Assembly (NCBI GenBank): GCA_964016885.1
Contig: OZ024758.1
Span: 22,258,001 to 22,322,000, forward strand
From: Eledone cirrhosa
Taxonomy: Eukaryota
Direction: 5' to 3'
DNA length: 64,000 bases
Part shown: positions 1-12,400 of the stretch, piece by piece
How the letters are laid out: every line of letters starts with the position of its first letter
Numbering within the stretch: the stretch's first letter is position 1
Notes under the pieces: model-generated
What the model saw: only the letters and a program-made list of their open reading frames with translations
Told to the model about the DNA's origin: nothing
The model's database searches: none
Translations under genes and position numbers: made by a program

Positions 1-144
1 CAGACCTATTTATATATAACAAATTACCCAGTACTATGCTTCAAAGCATGGTCTCCGACTCTCTACCGATACTGCCAATCCACTGAAGATATGTGACATT
101 ATAGAAAGATAAAGATATATATTCATATACCACTTTGCTATTAC

Positions 145-330
145 CTGATAATTATCTCGAATAAGGCTGACGATGTTATTAGAATCTTCATCTAGTCTTC
201 CAGCTGTAGAACCTTCAATAAACCTACTCAAGCTTTGGTAGATGTCCAATTGGTCAGATGTTACGGCAAATATTACATTAACTTTCATTTCTTGAATTTT
301 ATTTGCAAGTTGTCCAATTGAGGGATAATC
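145..330 (-). CDS. ITGB: Integrin beta exon, beta-I domain C-terminal part ([24 protein letters not shown]...[10 protein letters not shown])
   Basis: ctgcag|GAT...CAG|gtaata; 186 nt, phase 0-0. Confidence 0.96.
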
Positions 331-3300
331 CTGCAGAAAGATAAGACCAATTAATAAGTTATCAAATGAATTCATTAACACTATTAATGCAACAAATCTA
401 TTATGAATTTAAACAAAAATATATTTTCATTTTAATAATTAATCTTAGCTTTTATTCAGTTTGTTAGTAAATGTTTTCTTTAATAGTAAAATGGTTATTA
501 ATTTCTACCTAGACTATGAGGTTAATAAACTAGACAACTGATCATATTGTCATTAGTTCTAGCATTCTTTAATCATTGTGTTGCATTCCAAGCACAATAC
601 TCAGCCTAGAAATTGCTGCACATTAGAGAACTAAAACGGTAGCAATTGCTGCACATTAGACAACCAAAACAGTAGAAATTGCTGCACATTAGACAACTAA
701 AAAAGTAGAAATTGCTGCACACTAGACAACTAAAATCCTAGAAATTGCAGCACATTAAACAATTTAACGAGTAGAAATTGCTGCACATTAGAGAAGTTAG
801 AAATAGTTTCACCAACCTGTTTATCTGTTAGAGTATATTCACCAGCTCTATTTAAATGGCAGTAACCATCATTTGGAATTACTAATCCACCAAGCTATAT
901 TGAATAAAAATAAACACAATTAAATTACACAGTATTCTACATGGCTGAAATAATTCTTTTTTTTTTAACTATTAAAAAATACTGTCAAGAATAACAAAAT
1001 AATTTTAATTATGATTAATAATCTATATGAATGAATACATTCAAAAATGTTAAAATAATTTTAAAATATGTAGATCTTTAACCCTTTAGCATTTACATTA
1101 CACTATATATACTATTATATTTTCACAGTAAAGGTTTTACTTCACATAATTATCTCACATAATATTTAATCCATGAGATTTGGATATTATTTATTTTGGG
1201 AACAATACATTAACATCAGTATGAGTGGCCAGTTACAGCCAGTTTGAAAAGAAAGAGGTGAGAGAATTCTAACAGGATATTGCCGGTTTAAATGCTAAAG
1301 AGTTAAATATATATTTAAGTTTTAAACTATAAAACAAAGGAAAAATCTATCTCATATAATAAACTAAATTAACAGATATTTCATTGAAATTATATTTCAC
1401 CATTTATAATATAAAAAAAATATCCATTATTAATCATAGCAAGATTTTAATTTTAAGAATTTATGATAAAAAAAAACTATTGAAGAAAGAATGTAAAGCA
1501 ATTAAGAAAAGAAAGCAAATTTTGATACTAACTTTACCATCACCAGCATAATGAAAGTCGGAGTCTGTGGAAAATACCAACATACGACGAGAAACATCTC
1601 GCCAGCCAATATCCTAAAAGGAAAAGATTTAAAAATGAATGTAGAGAGATAGAGCATAGAGTTTTTGTAGGGAGTTTAACTAGTAATTAACTCCTAATGG
1701 ATGAAAGAGAAAATGAAAGATCTTAATGAAATCATCATCATCATCATCATCATGATTATCACCGTTTTATGTCCATTCTTCCACACTAGCATGGGTTAGA
1801 CGGGTTGTCCTGTTGTGGGCAGTGTCTGGTCGGCTGACCTTGTATTGCTCATACTGGAACTGATTCTGGCTTGATTTCTACAGCTGGATGCCCTTCCTAA
1901 CACCAACCTCATTTACAGTGAGTGCTGGGTGCTTTTTTTCCCCGTGGCACCTCCACGACCACTTTGCAGTGGTAAAATCCTTGAGGGATATTATTGTTTC
2001 CTGTAAAACCTTTAGCATGGTGTTTGACTCAATCAGTCAACTGTCTACACTAGAAGAAGAAATGGTTGACAAGATCTCAGACCTCATTCGATTACTGAGT
2101 GAGGGTGATACTCATCAGATTAGACCAAGGAAACAATGTTTCCATTGGTTTTCAAATTGCTAATACGAACTACTGGTCGCAACTCCTGGCAGAAGGAGCA
2201 ACATGAAATAAACTGTCTTGCTCAAGGACATAATGCATCACCCGATCTGGGAATTGAACTCAAAACCTCACGTTTGTGAATCCAGCTCTCTAACCACTAA
2301 GCCATTTGCCTTCATCAACATCATCCACAATGAATATATGTAATAGATTATGTGAGCCTATTGAGTAACATTACTCCAAGAATTCTAATATCATCATCAT
2401 CATCATCATCGTTTAACGTCCGTGTTCCATGCTTGCATGGGTTTGGACGGGAGTTTTCCCACTTGAGGCAAGAGTGGTTGTCTTGCTCGCATAGGACTGT
2501 CTGGCGGGTTTTCTACAGTTGGATGCCCTTCCTAACACCAACCACATTTACAGTGTGGGGCTGGGAGGTTTTTACCGTGTTGCCTACACGGCCACATTAC
2601 AGCGTGGACTGTCTGGCGGGTTTTCTACAGCTGGATGCCCTTCCTAACACCAACCACATTTACAGTGTGGGACTGGGACGTTTTTACGGTGTTGCCTACA
2701 CGGTCACATTACAGCGTGGACTGTGTGTTTTTTTTTCGTGACACCTACACGATCTCATTTGTTTCGGCCTGTCTAAATTCTAATTGTTAGAAAAAAGTCA
2801 TCAATATATAACAAGGTTACATAATTTATAATAAGAGAATAGCTGAGAAGATTCTAAGAACATTCTACTTACATCACATACTATGGATTGCATGATAGCA
2901 TCAAACCCACCTTCTGGTGAGTCAAGGTTGCCCGATACAGGAGCTTCAAGTACTTTGTCCTAGGATGCAAAAATATTAAAGTGAAAATAATTTGATTTGA
3001 AAGTCATTTTAATAGTTCTCACCCCTCTCTCCCTTTCTCACACACACTCTTTCTCTCTCACACACACACACTCTTTCTTTCTCTCACACACACACTCTTT
3101 CTCTCTCTCACACACACACACTCTTTCTCTCTCTCTCACACACACACTCTTTCTCTCTCTCTCACACACACACTTTCTCTCTCTCACACACACACTCTTT
3201 CTCTCTCTCTCACACACACTCTTTCTCTCTCTCAAACACACTCTTTCTCTCTCTCATACACACACACACTCATTTTCTCTCCCTCTCTCACACACACTCT

Positions 3301-3400
3301 TTCTCTCTCACACACACTTTCTTTCTCACACACACACACACACACTCTTTCTCTCTCTCATACACACACACTTTCTCTCTCTCATACACACACACACTCA

Positions 3401-3440
<40 letters not shown>

Positions 3441-6400
3441 TTCTTTCTTTCTTTCATCAATAAAAATCTAAAATAAAGTACAATAATAATAATGTAATTA
3501 TGAAGACAAATTTCAGAAGACAAACAATACTACTATATTTGTATTGTACTTACTGCAAACAATGATGCATTAAGATCTAATGTTAACTGATGCTTAAAAC
3601 CATAGGCTTTAGTACACTTTGCACAAGGTTTCAGCTTTCTAAAAGAAAAAAAAAACAAAAAACAAAACATTAATATATATAGTATATCACATCACCCGGT
3701 CTGAGAATTGAACTCACAACCTTGCATTCGAAAGGTTGTGAGTTCAATTCTCAGACCGGGCGATGTGTTGTTTCCTTGAGCAAGACACTTTATTTCACAT
3801 TGCTCCAGTTTATTCAGCTGTAGAAATGAGATGATAGGGTCTGGGGTCCCTATCATTCCACTGCAAAGTGGTTGTGGAAGCGCCACGGCAAAAAAAGCAC
3901 CCAGCACTCACATTTCTCGGACCATGTGTGGAAAGCAGATGTAAAAGGATGATAATTGTTTCTACTTTTGGCACAAGGCCAGCAAATACCCAGTGTATTG
4001 CTGGTACTTTATTTTATCGACCCCGTAAGGATGAAAGGCAAAGTTAACCTCGGTGGGATTTGAACTCAGAATAGCAAGGGCCCTAACTCAATGCGTCAAA
4101 GCATGGCGTCCGACTCTCTACCGATACTGCCAATCCACAAGGATGATAATATTGATTAAGTATACCAAATTTACATTAGTATAAATACTTACTTTTGTTG
4201 TACAATGCTGATATAAGGAGCTACCGTTTTGTCAACAAATGATCCGAAACCCAAACGAAAGTCTTTGGTAATTTTTGACATGTCTTCAGCTGCAATAATA
4301 GTTTAGATCCAAGTTAGATTAAGTGACAAAATTTAATAGATCTGTTAAAATTTAGAGTTAAATAAACTACAGAGTTTTATACGGTCTTGAGCGCAAAACT
4401 TTGAGAGAAACCTTTCTGGGATTCACTGGTTGAATGGGTGGGGATTTGGACTATCAGTTCATGAGTTAATAGTTCAAATCTGCACAGGTGTCTCATTTTG
4501 TCTTTGGATGGGACACATAACATGTATCCTTTCACTAATCTGGCAAAATAATTATTAGATCTTCTGGGAATGTCACCTGCACTAAGCCTGACATTCTATC
4601 CACAGCTGTCGAAACCAAGCTAGAAACAGTTCTGCATGAGCAAGACACAGTCACTTGATATGACTTGTCGCAAATGGGACAACTCATCTTATCCATCTTA
4701 GCATGGAGAAATGGGTGTTAACCCTTTAGCATTTAAACTGGTCAGAATTATCTCACATCTTTCTGTTCAAACCAGTCGTAACTGGTCACTCATACTAACG
4801 TTAAGATATTGTTCTCAAAATAAATATCAAAATCTCATAAATTTGATATTATGAGAGATAATTATGTGAGATAAAGCCTTTACCGCCCCCTCACCAAAAA
4901 ATACAATAGTAAATATAGAGTAATGTAAATGCTAAAGGGTTAACCCTTTATCAGTCACATTACTCTATATATATTATATTTTCATAGATTTGATATTATT
5001 TGAGATATTATGTGAGGTAATCACATAATATCTCAAATAATATCAAATCTATGAAATTTTGAAAGTATTTATTTTGAGAACAATACCTTAACATCAGTTT
5101 GAACGGCCAGTTACAGCCGGTTTCAACAGAAAAAGGTAGGGAATTCTGGCCGGTTTGAACATTAAAGGGTTAAACGATAACAATGACGATGATCATGAAT
5201 GCTAAACTTACCAATGAGGTCCCCAAGACTCGCTAATTTTTCCTTGTCATCAGCCATTGAGTTAGACAAGTCCATGAGATAATATAAGTCAACAGGATAA
5301 TCTTCAGCTAGCCGAAACACCAATTTAAATTTATATGGTTTATCTAAAAAAAAAATAATAAAAAATAAAAATAAATAAATAGATAAATAAATCATTTACA
5401 AATAAATAACGAAAAAAAAAAAATCACAATTGCTGAAAAAAATAAATCACAATTGCTGATAGTACATTCTTTAAAATAAAAAGCAGTGTAGACTTCTGGT
5501 GTCCTTGGCCCTAGGGCCACCTCTCTACTCACTACCATCGGCATAGAGTTGGCTACCCACAAGTGTGAGCCTTGCGAGCTGGAATGGTTTTCCAGCGCTT
5601 CTCCCTCACCATCCTCAGGGGAAATGCTGTCTCTATTCTGTCAGCCGGGGTGGCCAGTTGCCCATAATAATTGTTTCTACGTTTGGCACAAGGCCAGCAA
5701 TTATCCCAGTACATTACTGGTATTTTATTTTATCGACCCTGTAAGGATGAAAGGCAAAGTTAACCTTGGCGGGATTTGAACTCAGACCACAAAGGGCTGT
5801 TACTCTATGCTACAAAGCATTGTGTCTGACACTCTACCGATACTGTCAATCCACTAGCCATTATTTTTGCCTTTCATCCTTACGGGGTCGATGAAATAAA
5901 GTACCAGTAATGTACTGGGTAATTGCTGGCCTTGTGCCAATAGTAGAAACAATTATTATGAGCAATCCATTTGCTCATAATAATTGTTCCTACTTTTGGC
6001 ACAAGGCCAGCAATTACCCAGTACATTACTGGTACTTTATTTCATCGACCCCGTAAGGACGAAAGGCAATGGTTTCTTATATAGGCACAAGGCCAGCAAT
6101 TTTTGGGAGGAGGGGAAAGTCGATTAAATCGACCCCAGAGCGTGACTGGCACTTTATTTTATCGACCCCGTAAGGATGAAAGGCAAAGTTAACCTCGGCG
6201 GGATTTGAACTCAGATCTTAAAAAGCCGTAAGTCTATGCTGCAAAGTATGGTGTCCGACCCTCTGCCGATACTGCCAGAGATGGGAAGACTGCTAGAGAT
6301 GGAGGCAGTGACAGTGGAAGTTTGATTCCTTTGTGTTTGGACCTGGTGATATGGACTCAGATCTTAAAAAGCCGTAACTCTATGCTGCAAAGTATGGTGT

Positions 6401-9400
6401 CCGACCCTCTGCCGATACTGCCAGAGATGGGAAGACTGCTAGAGATGGAGGCAGTGACAGTGGAAGTTTGATTCCTATGTGTTTGGACCTATTTATTTAC
6501 TGCACCACACTCACACATTAATAGATAATAAAAGTTATACTTCAGTTTTTTTTACCTTCCTATTATCTATAAAAAGCATGATATAAAAAAGAAAAATCTA
6601 TGTTATTTTGAATACTATGTTAAAAAACTCAAATTTAGGGAAATAACTTCACATGGAAAATAAAAATATAAACATTTTTAGCACATTGAAAACAGAGGTA
6701 AGTTTAAACAAATTTTTTTTTTCCATATTTCAGTTTCACCTAAAAAATTGACACTTGTCAGATATGTTAAATTAAAATTATAAACCTCTTCACCACGAGT
6801 TTAATACAAAATTTTTCCTTGTGGCATAATTTAGAAAAATCTGGTAAATCTTTCTCTTCTAATGTCCAGCCTTAGTTTTCCTTTTCAGTAAGGTCCAATT
6901 ATTTCCCTTTCCCTTCCTTTTCCATTTTTAAAAATATTTTCTTATTTTACATTCCATTCTTCCGTCTCAATCTAAACTTTTTTTCTCTTTCTATTTAATT
7001 GTTTTTACTATTAAAAAAAAAATGAACTTACTAGGACGGATTTTTATCTTCAGCTTTTGAGGTTGGATTTGAATAGCTTTTTGATTACCATTAGCGTTCT
7101 TTATAGATTCATTCTGTTAAAAAAAAAGTTTTCATTAGAAAAATATTCTGATGCAACTGGTTTTATGAAAATATCTTAATAAATGATAAATTTTCTTTCT
7201 TTCTACAAAATTAAAGAGTATCATAAAAGAATGTGTTAGGATCAATCAGCTTGGCAGACAACAGCTTACAGAAAGCAACACTCTTGATTTAAATTAAGGT
7301 TGTTTATAGCATAACACCCATGCATAACATCTAGCACAGATAGATGAATTGAGTCATTGGGAAACTGAATGCTTTGAGAGTGTATATAAGAGATACAACT
7401 CTTCTTTGCCCATTTATTCCTGAAAGGGTCTTTGGGGCAGAGTCCTCAAACACATGTCTTGTATCTAAAAAATTCGGATTTTGAGATACAACACATGTGA
7501 TATAATCTGAGGATCTTTCAGATGGTAAGTCAGTATCATAACAATATTTAAATGGATGCGGGTACTGTCAGAAACAACCGTCTCCAACTGATACGGCTGG
7601 ATCCCCCAAGCATGATCACTCATGGCTGTTATCCAACTATCTTGCTTGGGTCTACCCCTGGGTCTTCTGCTGGTTGGTTTTGCCAGTAAAATCTGTCCAA
7701 CAATTCTTTCCAGAGATATTCTAACCACATACCCATAGTATTGGAGCTGTGATCTCTCAATTCAAAGAAGTAGTGGCTCCACCGGGAGTGACTCTCTGAT
7801 TTCCAAACGACGCCCTTTATCGAGTAATGTTACTCCAAAGATCCTTTGTAGGAATCCCGTTTCGGCCGCTTGTATTCGCGATCATATTCTTTCAGTCATT
7901 ACTCAAGCTTCATGACCATAGGTAAGGGTTGTCACAAAAACCAAATTGATGATTGCATTCATTTAAATATTTTTATGATATTGGCTTACCACCTGAAAGA
8001 TCCTAAGTTTATATCACGTGTTGTATCTCAAAAATTCCTGTAGCATTTAACTGAGAAACAAATCTCCAACAGCTTGAGTGGACATCATTGTTGAACAGTT
8101 CTAAATCATTATTACATACAACTATCCCACATCTTTAAGACAGCCACTTTTCAAGTTTTAAAGACTTTGCGTAATGACTCATTCTCTCTTATATACACAT
8201 ATATACACCAGGTCCGAAAAACAAAAAAAATCAAACTACCACTGTCACTAAAATGGTAAAAAAGTGAATATTATTATAAATAAACAGTTTAACATTGTCA
8301 ACTTTTCCAAAAGATATTCCAACATCTTACCTTGACAGAATTCACTGAGTGATCAGGATTGTCAATAAAATCCTCACAGCCATTCTTAATAAGAACTTTT
8401 ATATTATCACAGCGTTTATGGGGAAAGACCTAGAAAAGTAAAACATAACAGATAATCAAGACGCTGACTTACTGTATTAACCCTTTAGCAATTACATTAC
8501 TTTATATTTACTATTGTATTTTCCTGATAAAGGTTTTTAACCCTTTAGCAATTACATTACTCTATATTTACTGTTGTATTTTCCTGATAAAGGTTTTTAA
8601 CCCTTTAGCTACATTACTCTACATTAACTGTTGTATTTTCCTGATAAAGGTTTTTAACCCTTTAGCAATTACATTACTCTATATTTACTGTTGTATTTTC
8701 TTGATAAAGGTTTTTAACCCTTTAGCAGTTACATTACTCTATATTTACTGTTGTATTTTCTTGATAAAGGTTTTTAACCCTTTAGCAGTTACATTACTCT
8801 ATATTTACTGTTGTATTTTCTTGATAAAGGTTTTTAACCCTTTAGCAGTTACATTACTCTATATTTACTGTTGTATTTTCTTGATAAAGGTTTTTAACCC
8901 TTTAGCAGTTACATTACTCTATATTTACTGCTGTATTTTCCTGATAAAGGTTTCTAACCCTTTAGCTACACTACTCTATATTTACTGTTGTATTTTCCTG
9001 ATAAAGGTTTTTAACCCTTTAGCAGTTACATTACTCTATATTTACTGTTGTATTTTCCTGATAAAGGTTTCTAACCCTTTAGCTACACTACTCTATATTT
9101 ACTGTTGTATTTTCCTGATAAAGGTTTTTAACCCTTTAGCAGTTACATTACTCTATATTTACTGTTGTATTTTCCTGATAAAGGTTTCTAACCCTTTAGC
9201 TACACTACTCTATATTTACTGTTGTATTTTCCTGATAAAGGTTTTTAACCCTTTAGCAGTTACATTACTTTATATTTACAATTTTATTTTCCTGATAAAG
9301 GTTTTTAACCCTTTAGCAGTTACATTACTTTATATTTACTGTTGTATTTTCTTGATAAATGCTTTATCTCACAGAAAATCGATTAATTCTGGTTTTTAAA

Positions 9401-12400
9401 AAATCAACAGAGACAACCTAGAAAAATTACTCATTTTCCAACCCCAAACTTTTTCCAACCAGCCCCCATTATTTGGGGCTCAAGAGTCGGTAATAATGGT
9501 TTCTGATTTAGTCATAATGCCAACAATTTTGAGGGAGGGGAAAGTCGATTAAATCAACCCCAGTGCATTACTGGTACTTTATTTTATCGACCCTGTAAGG
9601 ATGAAAGGCAAAGCTAACCTTGGTGGGATTTGAACTCAGAACGTAAAAGGCCGTAACTTTGTGCTGCAAAGCATTTTGTCAGACGCTCTACCAATACTGC
9701 CAACCCACCACCCAATAATGCTGAAATTTAGTATAGTTACACTAGAGAACTGGATAGAAAATGGAAAAGTCATTGTCTGAGTAAATTGTAGGCTATTACT
9801 GGAAACCATCAAAATGCCTGACTCAATGGTACACCAATACTGCTTACATTGTTAGACATGTTCTTCTATAGGTATTGTTAGAATACAATCAGGAAATGTT
9901 CTATGAAGCACTAGAAGGCAGCAAATATATCATTATCATAAGAGAACTTGTGTTTCTACGCAGCTATCCAATTTTAATTAAGGACATTAAAAGAACAAGG
10001 AAGTTGAAAAATGCTTCTTTGAAATTATTTTATCTATTCAAAGAAGGTACCGAGATTTATTCAAGCATGGTACTGAAACAGTCGAGTCTCTATAATGGCT
10101 ATCTAAATTCTATGCCACTTAACCCCTTAGCATTTAAACCAACTGTATCCAACCAGAATTCTCTCACCTCTTTCTGTTCAAACTGGCTGTAACTGGCCAC
10201 TCATACTGATATTAAGGTATTGTTCTCAAAATAAATAACATCAAAATCTCATAGATTCGATATTATGTGAAATAATTATGTGAGATAAAGCCTTTACCTT
10301 GAAAATAAAATAGTATATATAGAGTAATGTAAATACTAAAGGGTTAATGACTCTACATTTCTATATACAACAGGTACAAATATTCAAGACATTCTATTAA
10401 AAGAAGGTTATCTCTGTGGTTTCTTTTGCGTATTCTAAAACAGGTTCTGTTTATCTAAATCTACTTAAAGAGTAGTTGTTACTAAAATGGACCACAAGAT
10501 GTTACAAACTTGCAATCAGAAATGTAAATATATATATTTATATAAACATTCAACACACATTAGTGTTAAAAGAAATGTTAAATATTCCTAAACATTCATG
10601 TCATCATCATCAATGTTGTTGTTGTCATCATCATCATCATCATCATCACCACCACCACCACCGTTTTAGGTCCATTCTTCCATGCTAGCATAGGTTAGAC
10701 GAGTTTACCTCTTGTTGGCAATTCTAGGTCAGCTGACCATGCCTTGCTTATACAGCACTGATTTTGGCTTGGTTTCTACAGCTGGATGCCATTCCTAACA
10801 CAAACCCTATTTACAGTGAGTACTGGGTGCTCATGTAAAAATAAATATTAAATATAAATGGAATTAGATTTTCTATCCCTTTTCCCAAAGAGAATCATAA
10901 ACAACATAGCTTTTAGGTTTTTTTCTTGATAGGACTCTTAAATCATGTCAATAACATGTAGGAGTCATGACAAAAAGCACCCAGTCCACACTGTAAAGTG
11001 GTTGTGTAGGTGTCATGACAAAAAGCACCCAGTCCACACTGTAAAGTGGTTGTGTAGGAGTCATGACAAAAAGCACCCAGTCCACACTGTAAAGTGGTTG
11101 TGTAGGTGTCATGACAAAAAGCACCCAGTCCACACTGTAAAGTGGTTGTGTAGGTGTCATGACAAAAAGCACCCAGTCCACACTGTAAAGTGGTTGTGTA
11201 GGTGTCATGACAAAAAGCACCCAGTCCACACTGTAAAGTGGTTGTGTAGGTGTCACGACAAAAAGCACCCAGTCCACACTGTAAAGTGGTTGTGTAGGTG
11301 TCACGACAAAAAGCACCCAGTCCACACTGTAAAGTGGTTGTGTAGGTGTCACGACAAAAAGCATCCAGTCCACACTGTAAAGTGGTCATGTAGGATCATG
11401 ACATAAGGCACCCTGTTCACACTTTAAAGTGGTCATGTAGGAGTCACAACAAAAAGCACCCAGTACACTCTGTAAATGTGGTTGGTACTAAGAATGGCAT
11501 TCAGCTGTAGAACCCAAGCCAAAATCAGTTCTGTATGTGCAAGACATGGCCACCTGACATAGCATAGCCCACAACAGGACAACCCGTCTAAACCTTGCTA
11601 GCATGGAAAAATTGATGCAAAACAGTGAAGATGATGATGATGATGTTGATGATAAAATAAATGGAATTAGATTTGCTATCCCCTTCTCCCAAAGAGAATC
11701 TTAAACAACATTGGTTTTGGGTTTTTTCTTGATAGGGCTCTTAAATCATGTCAATAACATGGCAACCTCTTCAGAGCTGGCCTCATGATAAAATACATCC
11801 AGTACACTTGTATAAGATGTTGGTATAATGAAGGGCAGCCAGCTGTAGAAATAATGCCAAAAATTGTAATGTATGAGTGAGACATAGTCCTCTGGACCAT
11901 TTGGGACAGCAATAACTCCAAATGAGAACTGGTTCAGATTGTAAGATGTCCAACCCATGCCGTAATGAAAAGTGAACATAAAATGATAATGATGATGATG
12001 ACGATAATTCTCAAATTAACCCTTTAGCATTTACATTACTCTGTATTTACTATTATATTTTGATGGTAAAGACTTTACCTCACATAATATCGAATCGAGA
12101 TTTTGATATTATTTATTTTGAGAATAACATAAGTATGAGCAGCCAGTTTGAACAGAAAGGGGTGAGACAATTGTGGCCACATACGGCCAATTTAAATGTA
12201 GCTGCCACATGATTTAATAATCCTCTCTCACAGCTACATTTATCGAGACCATAAAACATTGCCTCAAAAAATAACACCATCATGAGTACACTTCACCAAC
12301 AAAATAATCAATATTACATTTATCTCATACAATAGCTCAATTTTTCTTGGTTATAATTTGGAGTATCCATTATTAAATGATAAGCCTGCTGACGTTAGAA

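Noticed and set aside
2075-2125. Minus-strand CTGATGA...CGAA hammerhead-like motif (also CTGATGAG at ~30126)
   Set aside because: No complete GAAA core or supporting stems
8701-9399. 232-aa hydrophobic repeat ORF
   Set aside because: Translation of the MITE-end tandem array
10943-11406. Cys/His-rich ORFs resembling metal-binding repeats, and CRISPR-like periodicity
   Set aside because: Head-to-tail 48-bp units with no unique spacers, no cas genes, eukaryotic context
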